NCBI GenBank assembly: GCA_963816925.1
Contig: CAWFMY010000020.1
Location: 8,756 to 72,755, forward strand
DNA from: an uncultured beta proteobacterium
GTDB lineage: Bacteria; Pseudomonadota; Gammaproteobacteria; Burkholderiales; Casimicrobiaceae
DNA length: 64,000 nt
Reading direction: 5' to 3'
Shown piece after piece: positions 11,607-23,559 of this stretch (its first letter is position 1; every line of letters begins with the position of its first letter). Under the pieces are notes generated by a model that ran no database searches, was not told the DNA's origin, and saw only the letters and a program-made list of their open reading frames with translations. A program made the position numbers and the translations under genes.

Positions 11607-14120
11607 TTACTGGACGCGCACCTCGACGCGCCGCGCTTCCTTTTCGTCGCCCGAGCCTTGCGTCTGCTCGGGCTTCTTCAGCTCCATGCGATCTTCGGCC
11701 ACGCCCGCCGCCTTGAGCGCATCGCGCACCTTCATCGCGCGCTGCTTCGCGAGTTCCTGGTTCTGCTCCACGCTGCCTGTCGCGTCGTGGAAGCCGGAGA
11801 TCGCCACTTTCGCCGCGCCATTGGCCTTCGCCTTCGCGGCGATGCCGTCGATCGATTTGGCGCCGTCGGCGGGCAGGTCCGCCTTGCCGGTGTCGAAGTA
11901 GATCTTCACGAATTCCACCGCGATGACGGCAACGGGCGCCGCCGCGGGAGCCATGGCGGGCAACGCCGCCGGTGCGGTCGCGATCGGAACCGCCACCGGT
12001 GCTGGCGCCGCGGCCGTCTTGTTCAGCGTCCACGCGCCGATCAGCGGCACGATCATCAGCGCGACGATATTGATGATCTTGATCAGCGGATTCACCGCCG
12101 GGCCCGCGGTGTCCTTGTACGGATCGCCGACGGTGTCGCCGGTCACCGCCGCCTTGTGCGCGTCGGAGCCCTTGCCGCCATGGTGACCGTCCTCGATGTA
12201 CTTCTTCGCGTTGTCCCACGCGCCGCCGCCGGTCGTCATCGAGATCGCGACGAAGAGGCCCGTGATGATCGTGCCCATCAGCACGCCGCCCAGCGTCTGC
12301 GCGCCCGCCGCGGTGCCGCCGAAATACGCGAAACCGACGCCAACGACGATCGGGATCAGCACCGGGAGCAGCGACGGGACGATCATTTCCTTGATCGCCG
12401 CCTTGGTCAGCATGTCGACGGCCACGCCGTACTCGGGCTTCGCCGTGCCTTCCATGATGCCCTTGATCTCCTTGAACTGGCGGCGCACTTCGACCACGAC
12501 CGCACCGGCCGCGCGGCCGACGGCCTCCATCGCCATCGCGCCGAACAGGTAGGGAATCAGGCCGCCGATGAAGAGACCGATGATGACGTAGTGGTTGGAG
12601 AGGTCGAAGGTCACCGCCTTGCCCGCGGATTCGAGCGCGTGCGTGTAGTCGGCGAACAGCACCAGCGCGGCGAGTCCCGCCGAGCCGATCGCATACCCCT
12701 TGGTCACCGCCTTGGTCGTGTTGCCGACGGCGTCGAGCGGATCGGTGACCGCGCGCACGGAATCCGGCAGCTTCGCCATTTCGGCGATGCCGCCCGCGTT
12801 GTCGGTGATCGGGCCATAGGCGTCGAGCGCGACGATGATGCCCGCCATCGACAGCATCGAGGTGGCCGCGATGGCGATGCCGTAGAGACCCGCCAGCCAA
12901 TACGAAAGCATGATCGCGATGCAGACCGAAATCACGGGCAGCGCCGTGGCCTTCATCGACACGCCGATGCCGGCGATGATGTTGGTCGCGTGGCCCGTCG
13001 TCGACGCCTGCGCGACATGGCGCACGGGCGCGTATTCGGTGGCCGTGTAGTACTCGGTGATCACGACCATCGCCGCCGTGAGCGCAAGGCCGACCAGGCC
13101 GGCGCCCCACAGCCGCATCGTCGTCAGTTTCGGATCGATCGCCGACATGCCGCCCATCATCAGGTACGTGATGCCCAGGAATCCGATCGCGGAAAGCACC
13201 GCGGCGACGATGAGGCCGCGGTAGAGCGCGTTCATGATCTTGCCGCCCTCGCGCGCCTTTACGAAATAGCAGCCGGCGATCGACGCGAGGATCGAGAAAC
13301 CGCCGAGAACCAGCGGATACGTGACCGCGGTCTGCGCCTGCACGGGAAAGAGCAGCGCGCCCAGCAGCATCGTCGCGACGATCGTCACCGCGTAGGTTTC
13401 GAAGAGGTCGGCGGCCATGCCCGCGCAGTCGCCGACGTTGTCGCCCACGTTGTCGGCGATCACCGCGGGATTGCGCGGATCGTCCTCCGGAATGCCGGCC
13501 TCGACCTTGCCGACGAGGTCCGCGCCGACGTCGGCGCCTTTGGTGAAGATGCCGCCGCCAAGACGCGCGAAGATCGAGATCAGCGACCCGCCAAAGGCGA
13601 GACCGACGAGCGGCTCGATCGTGTGATGCATTCCGGTGCCCATGAGGTCCGGGGCCCAGGTCGCCGATTGGGTCAGGAACCAGTAGAAGCCGGCGACCCC
13701 CAGCAGGCCCAGGCCGACGACGAGCATCCCCGTTATCGCGCCGCCACGGAAGGCAACGGCCAGCGCGGCACCCAAGCCGCTGCGTGCGGCTTCGGCCGTC
13801 CGCACGTTCGAGCGCACCGACACGTTCATCCCGATGTATCCCGTGAGGCCCGAAAGCACGGCACCGACGAGGAAGCCGCCGGCTGTCTTGCCCCCCAACG
13901 CCCACCAGATCAGCACGAACAGGATGAAGCCGACGATCCCGATCGTCATGTACTGGCGGTTGAGATACGCCTGGGCGCCGGCCTGAATGGCGGCGGCAAT
14001 CTCGCGCATCCGCTCGTTGCCGGCAGGTTTCTTGAGGACCCAGCCGATCGACACGAAGCCGTACACGATCGCCGCGGCCGCGCAGACGAGCGCGAAGATC
14101 AGGCCGTTGGCATTGGACAT
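11607..14120 (-). CDS. hppA: K+-independent H+-translocating pyrophosphatase fused to a C-terminal OmpA-like domain (837 aa)
   Basis: M-PPase motifs are present, including [18 protein letters not shown] (Lys variant, meaning K+-independent type), and the core is about 700 aa. A Pro/Ala linker follows, then [11 protein letters not shown]...[29 protein letters not shown]...EARRVEVRV. Confidence 0.95.
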   Translation of the reverse strand: MSNANGLIFALVCAAAAIVYGFVSIGWVLKKPAGNERMREIAAAIQAGAQAYLNRQYMTIGIVGFILFVLIWWALGGKTAGGFLVGAVLSGLTGYIGMNVSVRSNVRTAEAARSGLGAALAVAFRGGAITGMLVVGLGLLGVAGFYWFLTQSATWAPDLMGTGMHHTIEPLVGLAFGGSLISIFARLGGGIFTKGADVGADLVGKVEAGIPEDDPRNPAVIADNVGDNVGDCAGMAADLFETYAVTIVATMLLGALLFPVQAQTAVTYPLVLGGFSILASIAGCYFVKAREGGKIMNALYRGLIVAAVLSAIGFLGITYLMMGGMSAIDPKLTTMRLWGAGLVGLALTAAMVVITEYYTATEYAPVRHVAQASTTGHATNIIAGIGVSMKATALPVISVCIAIMLSYWLAGLYGIAIAATSMLSMAGIIVALDAYGPITDNAGGIAEMAKLPDSVRAVTDPLDAVGNTTKAVTKGYAIGSAGLAALVLFADYTHALESAGKAVTFDLSNHYVIIGLFIGGLIPYLFGAMAMEAVGRAAGAVVVEVRRQFKEIKGIMEGTAKPEYGVAVDMLTKAAIKEMIVPSLLPVLIPIVVGVGFAYFGGTAAGAQTLGGVLMGTIITGLFVAISMTTGGGAWDNAKKYIEDGHHGGKGSDAHKAAVTGDTVGDPYKDTAGPAVNPLIKIINIVALMIVPLIGAWTLNKTAAAPAPVAVPIATAPAALPAMAPAAAPVAVIAVEFVKIYFDTGKADLPADGAKSIDGIAAKAKANGAAKVAISGFHDATGSVEQNQELAKQRAMKVRDALKAAGVAEDRMELKKPEQTQGSGDEKEARRVEVRVQ

Positions 14121-14328
14121 GGTGGTGTTCTCCCGTTACGTGGCAAGAAATCGCAGGAGTTCATCGGCACCGGCCTGTGATCGGCCCGGTTGCCGGGGCG
14201 TGCGTGGAATCGACCCCGCCCGCCCGCGCCCTCCTGCGGCGATTCGGCGCCCGGGACCTCCCGGGACGTCGACGCAAAGCACGCTATTGTGCCAGTTTGC
14301 GGGGCAAAAAGTCGAGCCGGCCTGCGCG

Positions 14329-15592
14329 CTAGACCGTGAAGCCCGCCGCGAGCTTCTTCGCCACGGCGACATTCTTGAGGCGCACGTACTGCGGCAGGCC
14401 GTCCCTGTAGGGCGGCGGCGCCTCGCCGCGAATGAGGGGCGCGAGGTAGCGGCGGGCCTTGTCGGTGATGCCGAAGCCGTCCCGGGTGATGAAATCGGGC
14501 GGGAGCATCTTCTCGACGTTGGCCACCCGCTCGAGCGGCGCCTCGGTGATCTTCCAGCGGTACGGCTTGTCGGAAAGTCGCGTGATCGCCGGCATCACGG
14601 AATTCTTCCCTGCGAGCGCCATCTCGACCGCCGCCTTGCCCACGGCATAGCTGTGGTCGAGGTCGGTCTTCGACGCAAGGTGGCGTGCGGAGCGCTGCAG
14701 GTAGTCGGCGACCGCCCAATGGTATTTGTGCTTGAGCTTGTCCTTGACGATCGACGCGATGAGCGGCCCGACGCCGCCCAGCTGCGCATGGCCGAACGCG
14801 TCCTTCGTGCCCGCCTCCGCCATCAGGTTGCCGGAGGCGTCCTGCAGCCCTTCGGAAACGCCGACGCAGCAGTATCCGAATTGCTTCACCTTCGCGTCGA
14901 CGGCGGCGAGGAACTTCGGCTCGTCGAAAGCGATCTCCGGAAACAGCAGCACCAGCGGGATCGGCGTGTCGCGGTCGTCGGCCATCCCGACCGCGGCGGT
15001 GATCCAACCCGGCGTGGCGGCCCATCACCTCGAGCACGAATACACGGGTCGACGTCTTCGCCATCGACGCCACGTCGAACGCGGCTTCGCGCATGGAGGT
15101 CGCGACGTACTTGGCGACCGAGCCGAAGCCGGGACAGTTGTCGGTGACGGCGAGGTCGTTGTCGACCGTCTTCGGCACGTGCACCGCGGCCAGCGGATAG
15201 CCCAGCGCCGTGGCCATCTGCGAGACCTTGAGGCAGGTGTCGGCGGAATCGTTGCCGCCGTTGTAGAAGAAGTAGCCGATGTCGTGCGCGCGGAACACGT
15301 CGAGCAGCCGCTCGTATTGCGCGCGCCCCTCCGCGGCGCCCTTGAGCTTGTAGCGGCACGAGCCGAAGGCGCCGCCCGGCGTGTGCTTCAGCGCGGCGAT
15401 CGCGCGGGCCGACTCGCGGCTGGTGTCGATCAGGTCTTCGGTCAGCGCGCCGATGATGCCGTTGCGGCCCGCGTAGACCTTGCCGATCTTCGTCCGGTGC
15501 TTGCGCGCCGTCTCGATGACGCCGGCGGCGGTTGCGTTGATGACGGCGGTGACGCCGCCGGATTGCGCGTAGAAGGCGTTGCGTTTGGCCAT
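14329..15592 (-). pseudogene. pfp: 6-phosphofructokinase, probably PPi-dependent (PFP), frameshift near 15007
   Basis: MAKRNAFYAQSGGVTAVINA..., GGNDS and PKTVDNDL (Lys of the PKT motif as in PPi-PFKs). After ...VLEVMGRHAG the protein continues as WITAAVGMADDRDTPIPLVLLFPE... in ORF 14329..14985. An extra T is visible in gggTtgg. Confidence 0.88.
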
Positions 15593-15626
15593 TTGCGTAT
15601 GCCGCGCCATTGCAGCGGCGACGAAT

Positions 15627-16298
<672 letters not shown>

Positions 16299-16427
16299 TC
16301 AGGGACGAATTGCTGCGGGAAGCGTGCGCGGTCGGGCGCCGCGCTTGCTGTCAGGCATCAATTGTGCGGTCTCGCTGCGCAGGGGTCAATGCGGGGTCAA
16401 TTGCCGCGCGGCGACAAGCGCCCCCGA

Positions 16428-17195
16428 TCAGACCGCGCCGCGGGCGTAGAGCGCGCGCACCTGCGTGAGATCGTCCTCCGTGTCCACGCCCGGCGCCGGC
16501 GTGCCCTCGGTAATTTCGACGACGATCCGGTGGCCGTGCCAAAGCGCGCGCAGCTGCTCCAGCGCCTCGAAGCGCTCGATCGGCGCGGGCGGCAGCGTCG
16601 GATAGAGCCGCAGGAAGCGCACGCGGTACGCATAGAGCCCGTAATGACGATACAGCGGCAATCCCGGCGGAATGACGTCGCGGCGGCCGGCGAATTCGTC
16701 GCGCGCCCAGGGAATCGTCGCGCGGCTGAAGTAGAGCGCATACCGGTTGGCGTCGAGCACCACCTTGACGACATTCGGATTGAACGCTTCCGCAGGATCG
16801 GCGATCGGGTGGCATGCGGTGGCGATCGCGGCGTCCGGATGCGCGGCCAGCAATTCCGCCACCGCGCGGATCAGCGACGGCGCGAGCAGCGGCTCGTCGC
16901 CCTGGACATTGACGACGATCGCGTCGTCGGCGAGGCCGAGGAGCCGCGCGGCTTCGGCGAGGCGATCGGTGCCGGTCGGATGGTCGGCGCGCGTGAGGCA
17001 GGCCGCGACGCCATGCGTTTCCGCCGCGGCGCGGATTCGCTCGTCGTCGGTGGCCACGACGACGCGCTCGGCGCCCGCGCGCTGCGCACGTTCGGCGACG
17101 CGCACGATCATCGGCTTGCCGGCGATGTCCGCGAGCGGCTTGCCCGGGAGCCGCGTCGAGGCATAGCGCGCCGGAATGATGACGCTGAACGGCAT
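16428..17195 (-). CDS. kdsB: 3-deoxy-manno-octulosonate cytidylyltransferase (CMP-KDO synthetase)
   Basis: [33 protein letters not shown]...; 255 aa. Confidence 0.95.
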   Translation of the reverse strand: MPFSVIIPARYASTRLPGKPLADIAGKPMIVRVAERAQRAGAERVVVATDDERIRAAAETHGVAACLTRADHPTGTDRLAEAARLLGLADDAIVVNVQGDEPLLAPSLIRAVAELLAAHPDAAIATACHPIADPAEAFNPNVVKVVLDANRYALYFSRATIPWARDEFAGRRDVIPPGLPLYRHYGLYAYRVRFLRLYPTLPPAPIERFEALEQLRALWHGHRIVVEITEGTPAPGVDTEDDLTQVRALYARGAV

Positions 17196-17243
17196 GGCGG
17201 GGTCAGGTCAAATTATCGACAGGGATAAATTGACCTGACCCCA

Positions 17244-17423
17244 TCATTCAAGCTCCTCCGGCGTCAGCCGCCGCGCCTCGTCCTCCAGCATCACCGGAAT
17301 TCCATCCCGCACGGGGTACGCGAGGCGCGCGGAACGCGACACGAGCTCCTGCTTCTGTCGGTCGTACGTGAGCGGCCCCTTGGTGACAGGACAGACCAGG
17401 ATTTCAAGCAGCTTCGGATCCAC
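17244..17423 (-). CDS. ycaR: Trm112/YcaR-family small protein (UPF0434)
   Basis: A GTG start at 17423 gives [51 protein letters not shown]. The gene lies between lpxK and kdsB, as in many proteobacteria. Confidence 0.8.
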   Translation of the reverse strand: MDPKLLEILVCPVTKGPLTYDRQKQELVSRSARLAYPVRDGIPVMLEDEARRLTPEELE

Positions 17424-18426
17424 GGAGGGCCTCCTCGACGCGAGCCACGAGCGCGGGATCGATGTGCGCGCGCACCGGCAGGTACCAGCATCGCTCGTCG
17501 GCAAGCGAGCCGCATTTTACCGCATCCTTCTCGGTCATCAGGATCGCGCGCGCGCCGGGCAGCGCGAGGTCGCCGGCAACGAAGCGGTGATGATCGGGAA
17601 ACGCGTGGCCCGTCGCCGCGATATGGAGCGACCGGAGTTGCGCGAAGAACCGCTCCGGATTGCCGATGCCCGCGACGGCATGCACGCCCGAACCGGTGAA
17701 CGCGGACGCCGGCTGCGTCTGCGCCGGATCGGCGACGCGGTGAAACGTGTCGCCGACGAGCGTCATCCGCCACGCATTCGGCGCGGTCCACGGCGCCGGC
17801 GCGCCCGGCGTAACGAGGGCGACGATCGCATCCGCTTCCTCGAGGCGCGCGGCCGGTTCGCGCAGCGGCCCCGCGGGAAGGCGCCATCCGTTGCCGAGCC
17901 CGCGCGCGGCGTCGACCACCACGATCTCGACGTCGCGCGCGAGGCGGTAATGCTGCAGCCCGTCGTCGGCGACGATCACGTCGCACCGCGGATGCGCCGC
18001 GATCAGTGCCCGCGCCGCCGCGACGCGGTCCGCCGCCACGACGACCGGAATGCCCGTGCGCGCGAGCAGCAGGGGCTCGTCGCCGACATCCGCCGCATCC
18101 GCGTCCGGGGCAACGACGGTCGGAGCCGACCGTTCGTTCGCGCGACCGTGCCCGCGGCTCACGATGCCCGGATGCCATCCGCGCTCGGCGAGCGAGCGGG
18201 TCAGCGCCGCCGCGAGCGGCGTCTTTCCGCTGCCGCCGACCGTGATGTTGCCGACGACGATGACGGGGACCGGAAGCCGTTGCGCGCGCAGCAAACCTGC
18301 CCGGAACAGCGCGCGGCGCGCGAATGCGACGGTGCCGAACGCGACGGCCAGCGGCACGAGCGGCGCCGTCAACGCGGTCAGCCGCGGGGCGTACCAGGCT
18401 GCGACGAGGCGGGAGGAGAAGGACAT
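17404..18426 (-). CDS. lpxK: tetraacyldisaccharide 4'-kinase
   Basis: 340 aa with P-loop [13 protein letters not shown]. The stop overlaps the ycaR start. Confidence 0.93.
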   Translation of the reverse strand: MSFSSRLVAAWYAPRLTALTAPLVPLAVAFGTVAFARRALFRAGLLRAQRLPVPVIVVGNITVGGSGKTPLAAALTRSLAERGWHPGIVSRGHGRANERSAPTVVAPDADAADVGDEPLLLARTGIPVVVAADRVAAARALIAAHPRCDVIVADDGLQHYRLARDVEIVVVDAARGLGNGWRLPAGPLREPAARLEEADAIVALVTPGAPAPWTAPNAWRMTLVGDTFHRVADPAQTQPASAFTGSGVHAVAGIGNPERFFAQLRSLHIAATGHAFPDHHRFVAGDLALPGARAILMTEKDAVKCGSLADERCWYLPVRAHIDPALVARVEEALRGSEAA

Positions 18427-18479
18427 CGAAACGTCGGCACGGCGCTTCGCGGGCGCAACGCGGAGCCCGCGGGCCGACG

Positions 18480-18899
18480 CTATTTCGCCGGCGACTGCGT
18501 GGCGAACGTGATGTGGACCATGCCGGCGACGCGCGCGGCTTCCATGACGTGGATCACGGATTGGTGCGTGGCATTGGCGTCGGCGTTGATCACGACCACC
18601 GGATCCTTCGCGTCGCCGCCCGCGCGCCGCAGGATGTCGGCCAGCGCCGGCACGCTGGAGAACGCGAACGGCGTCTTGTCGACGACGTAGCGGCCCTGCG
18701 CGTCGATGCCGACGTTGATCTCCTTCGGCCGTTGCTTCAGCTGCTCGGCGTCGGCCTCGGGCAGCGTGATCTGCAGCTCGGCGACGCGCTGGTAGGTCGT
18801 CGTCACCATCAGGAAGATCAGGATGACGAGCAGGACGTCGATCAGCGGAATGAAGTTGATCTCGGGGTCGTCGCGGCCCCGGGTGCTGCGCAGGTTCAT
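18480..18899 (-). CDS. exbD: ExbD/TolR-family biopolymer transport protein
   Basis: 139 aa with an N-terminal INFIPLIDVLLVILIFLMV helix and a periplasmic domain. Confidence 0.9.
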   Translation of the reverse strand: MNLRSTRGRDDPEINFIPLIDVLLVILIFLMVTTTYQRVAELQITLPEADAEQLKQRPKEINVGIDAQGRYVVDKTPFAFSSVPALADILRRAGGDAKDPVVVINADANATHQSVIHVMEAARVAGMVHITFATQSPAK

Positions 18900-18915
18900 G
18901 GTTGTCCGGCCGGCG

Positions 18916-19521
18916 TTACTTGCGCTCGCCGTGCGCGACGTCGACGAGCTTGATCGCCTGCTGCTCCATCTCGACGTGCAGGCCGTCGATCGTCGAGCGG
19001 AAGTGGCGGTAGAAGATCATGCTCGGGATCGCGACGATCAGGCCGAGCGCCGTGTTGTACAGCGCCACGGAGATGCCGTGCGCGAGCTGGAGCGGGTTGG
19101 AGCCGGTCGCGGTCTGCGAGCCGAAGATCTCGATCATGCCGATCACGGTGCCGAACAGGCCGAGCAAGGGTGCCATTGCCGCAATCGTGCCGAGCGTGGT
19201 CAGGTAGCGCTCGAGGTCGTGCGTGACGACGCGTCCGGCCTCCTCGATCGCCTCGCGCATCACGGGTCGCGGGCTCCTGACGTTGGCAAGGCCGGCCGCG
19301 AGGATGCGGCCGAGCGGCCCCTGCTGCGCGGTCTTGGAGAGGAGTTCGGGCGTGACGCCGGCGTGCCGGTATTCCGCCAGCACGCGATCGACGAGCCCGG
19401 GCGGCGCGACGACGCTGCTGCGCAATGACCAGAGGCGCTCGAAGATGAGCGCCAGCGCGACGATCGACGCCAGGATGATCGGCCAGATCGGCCAGCCTGC
19501 CGCTTGAATGATGGACCACAC
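18916..19521 (-). CDS. exbB: MotA/TolQ/ExbB-family proton-channel protein
   Basis: 201 aa with a GTG start, three TM helices and the conserved ...LGTIAAMAPLLGLFGTVIGMI... segment. Confidence 0.9.
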   Translation of the reverse strand: MWSIIQAAGWPIWPIILASIVALALIFERLWSLRSSVVAPPGLVDRVLAEYRHAGVTPELLSKTAQQGPLGRILAAGLANVRSPRPVMREAIEEAGRVVTHDLERYLTTLGTIAAMAPLLGLFGTVIGMIEIFGSQTATGSNPLQLAHGISVALYNTALGLIVAIPSMIFYRHFRSTIDGLHVEMEQQAIKLVDVAHGERK

Positions 19522-19652
19522 GATGCGTCTGCCCTATCGAGTGAAAACTGCCCGCAATGTAGCGTGGCCCCGCCCAATCCGCAAGGGAACCGCCGGCCGG
19601 CCGGCGGCGCTCCGCCTCCGTTGCGCTTGCGACACCCGGGAGCCTCGATGGT

Positions 19653-20477
19653 TCAACGTTGGCGCCACGCGCGCCCGCGCGGACCGCCTTCGGACAGTGT
19701 CGCCGTCACCGCGGCGCCGACGAGGACCACGTACCACGAGACGTAGATCCAGAACAGGAACAGCGGGACGACCGCCAGCGTTCCGTAGATCACCTGGTAG
19801 GTCGGCACCGTCGTGACGTAGAGGCGGAATCCGTACTTGGCGACCTCGAAACCCAGCGCGGCGAAGAGTCCGCCCCACAGCGCGGCCTTGAGCGGCACCC
19901 GCCGCGCGGGCATCAGCGCGTAGAGCAGCGTGAAGGCGAGCGTGGTGATCGCGACCGCGAGCGGTGTCGCGATGAGCGCCACCGCCGGCGTGACGAAGGG
20001 CGCCTGCGCGACGGAAGTCTGCAGCACCCAGGTCATCGCGTAGATCGCCGCACCGATCAGCAGCGGCCCGGCGGTCACGCCGAGCGCGTAGACGAAAACG
20101 CGGCGCGGCCACGACCGCGGTTCGCGCACGCCCCAGATGGCGTTGATCTCGCGCTCGATCGTCGCGACGAGCAGCACCGCGGTGACGACGACGAAGGCGA
20201 TGCTGATCCCCTGCAAGCCGGCCGCCTTGCCCGAGAACTCGATGAGATACGAGCGCACGATCGAGCTGCTGCCGGGCAGCATGTGGGTCAGCAGGAAGCG
20301 CTCGAGCGCATCGAGCCATTGCTGGAACACGGGATAGCGCGCCACGTAGACGAACGCGACGGTGAACAGCGGGACGAGATTGAGCAACGTCGCATACGAG
20401 AGCGCGGCAGCCGTTCGCGCGAGGCCGACGCCGGTGAGCCGCGCGACGACGCCGCGGACGAAGGTCACCGTCCGCAT
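19653..20477 (-). CDS. YihY/BrkB-family inner membrane protein
   Basis: 274 aa. The ...AAALSYATLLNLVPLFTV... N-terminus and six hydrophobic helices are typical of the family. Confidence 0.8.
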   Translation of the reverse strand: MRTVTFVRGVVARLTGVGLARTAAALSYATLLNLVPLFTVAFVYVARYPVFQQWLDALERFLLTHMLPGSSSIVRSYLIEFSGKAAGLQGISIAFVVVTAVLLVATIEREINAIWGVREPRSWPRRVFVYALGVTAGPLLIGAAIYAMTWVLQTSVAQAPFVTPAVALIATPLAVAITTLAFTLLYALMPARRVPLKAALWGGLFAALGFEVAKYGFRLYVTTVPTYQVIYGTLAVVPLFLFWIYVSWYVVLVGAAVTATLSEGGPRGRAWRQR

Positions 20478-20490
20478 CGGGACCGGCCCC

Positions 20491-21507
20491 TCACAAATAC
20501 CGGTGGGCGAGCCACCACGCGATCATCGAGATGAACGCGGTGCAGGGAATCGTCAGCACCCACGCCCACACGATGCGGCCCGCCACCCCCCAGCGCACGG
20601 CGGAAAACTTGCGCGTCGCGCCCACGCCGATGATCGCGCCGGTGATGGTGTGGGTCGTCGACACCGGGATTCCGAGCGCGGTGGCGAGGAACAGCGTCAT
20701 CGCGCCCCCGGTTTCGGCGCAGAACCCGCCGACGGGCTTCAACTTGGTGATCTTCTGCCCCATCGTCTTGACGATCCGCCAGCCGCCGAACAGCGTGCCC
20801 AGCGCGATCGCCGCCTGGCACGCGAGGACGACCCAGAACGGAATGTCCGACCCCTTGAAATCCGGCCGCAGCGATCCGTGCGCCACGAGGATGAGCGCGA
20901 TGATGCCCATCGTCTTCTGCGCATCGTTGCCGCCGTGGCCGAGGCTGTAGAGCGATGCAGACGCGAGCTGCAGGCGCCGGAACCAGCGGTCGATCCGGTT
21001 CGGCGCGGTGCCCGAGAAGATCCACGCGACCGCGATCATCAGGAGGCCTCCGAGGAAGAACCCCAGCAGCGGCGAGAGCACGATGGCGAGGCTGATCTTG
21101 AGGAGGCCGCTGCCGACCAGCGCGTGGACGCCGCCCTTCGCAACCGCGGCGCCCACGAGCCCGCCGATCAGCGCATGCGACGACGACGACGGCAGGCCGT
21201 ACCACCAGGTGATCACGTTCCAGGCGATGGCGCCGGTAAGGGCGCCGATGATCACGCTGACGTCGACGAGGGTCGGGTCGATCACCCCTGTGCCGATGGT
21301 ATTGGCGACGTTGAGCCCGAAGAACAGGAACGCGATGAAATTGAAGAACGCCGCCCAGGCGACCGCATAGTGCGGCCGCAGCACGCGCGTGGAGACCACG
21401 GTGGCGATCGAATTCGCCGCGTCGTGGAACCCGTTCATGAAGTCGAACGCGAGCGCCAGCACGACCAGGAACACGACCATGTTGAACGACATCGCGGCGG
21501 TCGTCAT
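20491..21507 (-). CDS. pitA: PiT-family inorganic phosphate transporter
   Basis: 338 aa with the signature FDFMNGFHDAANSIAT and a second GGNDAQKTMGII repeat. Confidence 0.93.
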   Translation of the reverse strand: MTTAAMSFNMVVFLVVLALAFDFMNGFHDAANSIATVVSTRVLRPHYAVAWAAFFNFIAFLFFGLNVANTIGTGVIDPTLVDVSVIIGALTGAIAWNVITWWYGLPSSSSHALIGGLVGAAVAKGGVHALVGSGLLKISLAIVLSPLLGFFLGGLLMIAVAWIFSGTAPNRIDRWFRRLQLASASLYSLGHGGNDAQKTMGIIALILVAHGSLRPDFKGSDIPFWVVLACQAAIALGTLFGGWRIVKTMGQKITKLKPVGGFCAETGGAMTLFLATALGIPVSTTHTITGAIIGVGATRKFSAVRWGVAGRIVWAWVLTIPCTAFISMIAWWLAHRYL

Positions 21508-21531
21508 GACGGTCGGCGCCGCGGGGCAGTT

Positions 21532-22152
21532 TCAGGCATTCTCGAGGACAATGCCCTCGATCACGTTGGCGACATCCTCCGCCTTGTCCGTGATCGACTC
21601 GAGCAGCTGGTAGACCTCCTTCAGCTTCAGGATCTGCTTCGCGTCGGATTCCTCGCGGAACAGCTTGGCGAGCGCGGAGCGGAAGACGAAGTCCGCTTCG
21701 CTTTCGAGCCGGTCGATGTCGCCGCAGATCCGCAGGATCGCGTCGGCATTCTTCATCGATTCGAGCATGCCGACCGCCTCCTTGACCTTGAGCGTGCACG
21801 CCACGCAGATGTCGGCGAGCTTCTGCGCGTCGGGCGTGACGGTCTTGACGTCGTAGAGGAATACGCACGTCGCGACGTCCTCCATGAGATCGAGGATGTC
21901 GTCCATGCCGGTGATGAGCTGGTGGATCTCGTCGCGGTCGAGCGGCGTGATGAACGTCTTGTGCAGGAGCTGCACCGTCTCGTGCGTGATCCGGTCAGCC
22001 TGCTTCTCGTTCCGCTCGATGGCGCGGCTCCTGACTTCGAGCTGCGAGAGATCCGAGAACAGCGCCGTCAGCTCGACCGCGGCCAGCGCCGCGAGCTCGG
22101 CGTGCTGGTTGAAGAGGTCGAAGAATTTTCCTTCCCGCGGCAACAGGCCCAT
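21532..22152 (-). CDS. DUF47/PhoU-like phosphate transport regulator paired with Pit
   Basis: 206 aa, helical; ...FITPLDRDEIHQLITGMDDILD... Lies immediately upstream of pit on the same strand. Confidence 0.85.
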   Translation of the reverse strand: MGLLPREGKFFDLFNQHAELAALAAVELTALFSDLSQLEVRSRAIERNEKQADRITHETVQLLHKTFITPLDRDEIHQLITGMDDILDLMEDVATCVFLYDVKTVTPDAQKLADICVACTLKVKEAVGMLESMKNADAILRICGDIDRLESEADFVFRSALAKLFREESDAKQILKLKEVYQLLESITDKAEDVANVIEGIVLENA

Positions 22153-22290
22153 GGTCGCTTCGCTTCCCGGATGACGGCGTCCGCATTATCGCATTCCGCC
22201 AATGCGGCCTTCGATACAAGCTCCACGGTTCGCGCGGCGGGCGATCGGAGACCCTTCGCGGAGCGCCCGAAGCAAGGCGGCGGACAGCGC

Positions 22291-23556
22291 TCAGCGCCTC
22301 GATGCCCGGCGCGCCAACATGCCGCCCGTCGTGAGGCAGGCGCCGACCGAATAGAACACCGGCGCGAGCCCGACGGTCGTTCCCAGCGCGCCGAAGACGA
22401 GCGGCACGGCGAACGCCATCGTGTTGACGAGCGCCATGCGCACGCCCGCCGCCTCGCCCATCCGCCCCGGCGGCGCATGCGTGTGGAGGAGCGCCATCAC
22501 CATCGGCTGGCCGCTCCCCAGCCCGAGACCGAGACAGAACGCCAGCGCGAGCAGGGCCGGCGCGCTGTGCGCCAGGGGAAACAGCAGGTAAACCGCGCCC
22601 GCCACGAACAGCGCGATCGTCAGCACCTGCTGCTCCGAGAAGCTGCGCGCGATGCGCGGCATGAGGAACCGCACGACGAACGTCGCCGCCGCGAACGTCG
22701 ACAGGACGAGGCCGATCTCGGAGGCCGAGAGCCCGATCCGCGCGCCGTAGATCGGGACGAACACGGTAAAGAGATCCCAGCCCACCGCGAACAGCGCGTT
22801 GATCGCGAACAGCCGGCGCAGCGTCCGGTGGCGCAGCAGGACGCGCACACCGCCATGATGCGCGGGCCCGTCGTGCACGTGGGGACTGGGAAGCGCGAGA
22901 CCGCCGCGCGCGAGCACGACGAACGGCGCGAAAGGGACGGCGGCCAGCATCGCGAACGTCGACGCGAATCCGAGGTGGTCGATCGCGAGGCCCGCGACCA
23001 GCGGACCGATGAAACCGGACGTCGAGTAGCCGAGGGCCAGCAGGCTGAAGTTTCGGGCCCGCTCCGAAGGGCCGCCGAGCTCGCCCGTGACGTTCTGCGT
23101 CGCGACCTGGAAAACCATGAATCCGCTGCCGAGGATCGCCGCGCTCGCGAACAGCATCGGCAGGCCCGGAAACGCGATCGGCAGCGCCGCGCCGACGGCG
23201 ATAGCCGCGGTGCCGAACAGCATCGGCTTGCGCACGCCGACGCGGTCCGAGAACCGCCCCGCCGCGATCGCGAACAGCATCGGCAGGAACGCGTAGAGCG
23301 CCATCAGCGCACCGACGGTGAGCGGCGTCGCGCCCTTGTCGAGCGCGGCAAGCGACACCGTGACCCGGCTGCCGCTCAGGACAGCGTGATTCGCGATGCC
23401 GAGCAGGATGAGCCGCGCCAGCGTGCGGCGCCCGTCGGCGTGCGGGCGCCGCTGCCCGATCGCGCCCTCGGCGCCGCTCACGGCTCGGCCTTTGGAAGGT
23501 GCAATGACTTCGCGCGCGGTTCGGCCTTCATCACCGGAAGTGGAAATCGACGGCAT
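22291..23556 (-). CDS. MFS transporter
   Basis: ORF 22291..23673 with 12 hydrophobic helices and the MFS loop motif GRFSDRVGVRKPM. The start is set at ATG 23556 and is uncertain. Confidence 0.8.
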   Translation of the reverse strand: MPSISTSGDEGRTAREVIAPSKGRAVSGAEGAIGQRRPHADGRRTLARLILLGIANHAVLSGSRVTVSLAALDKGATPLTVGALMALYAFLPMLFAIAAGRFSDRVGVRKPMLFGTAAIAVGAALPIAFPGLPMLFASAAILGSGFMVFQVATQNVTGELGGPSERARNFSLLALGYSTSGFIGPLVAGLAIDHLGFASTFAMLAAVPFAPFVVLARGGLALPSPHVHDGPAHHGGVRVLLRHRTLRRLFAINALFAVGWDLFTVFVPIYGARIGLSASEIGLVLSTFAAATFVVRFLMPRIARSFSEQQVLTIALFVAGAVYLLFPLAHSAPALLALAFCLGLGLGSGQPMVMALLHTHAPPGRMGEAAGVRMALVNTMAFAVPLVFGALGTTVGLAPVFYSVGACLTTGGMLARRASRR

Positions 23557-23559
23557 GAC

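Noticed and set aside
14121-14328. Palindrome CCCGGGacctCCCGGG in the pfp-hppA spacer as a possible terminator
   Set aside because: No T-run follows on the transcribed (minus) strand, and short GC palindromes are frequent at this base composition. Evidence is insufficient for a terminator or operator call.
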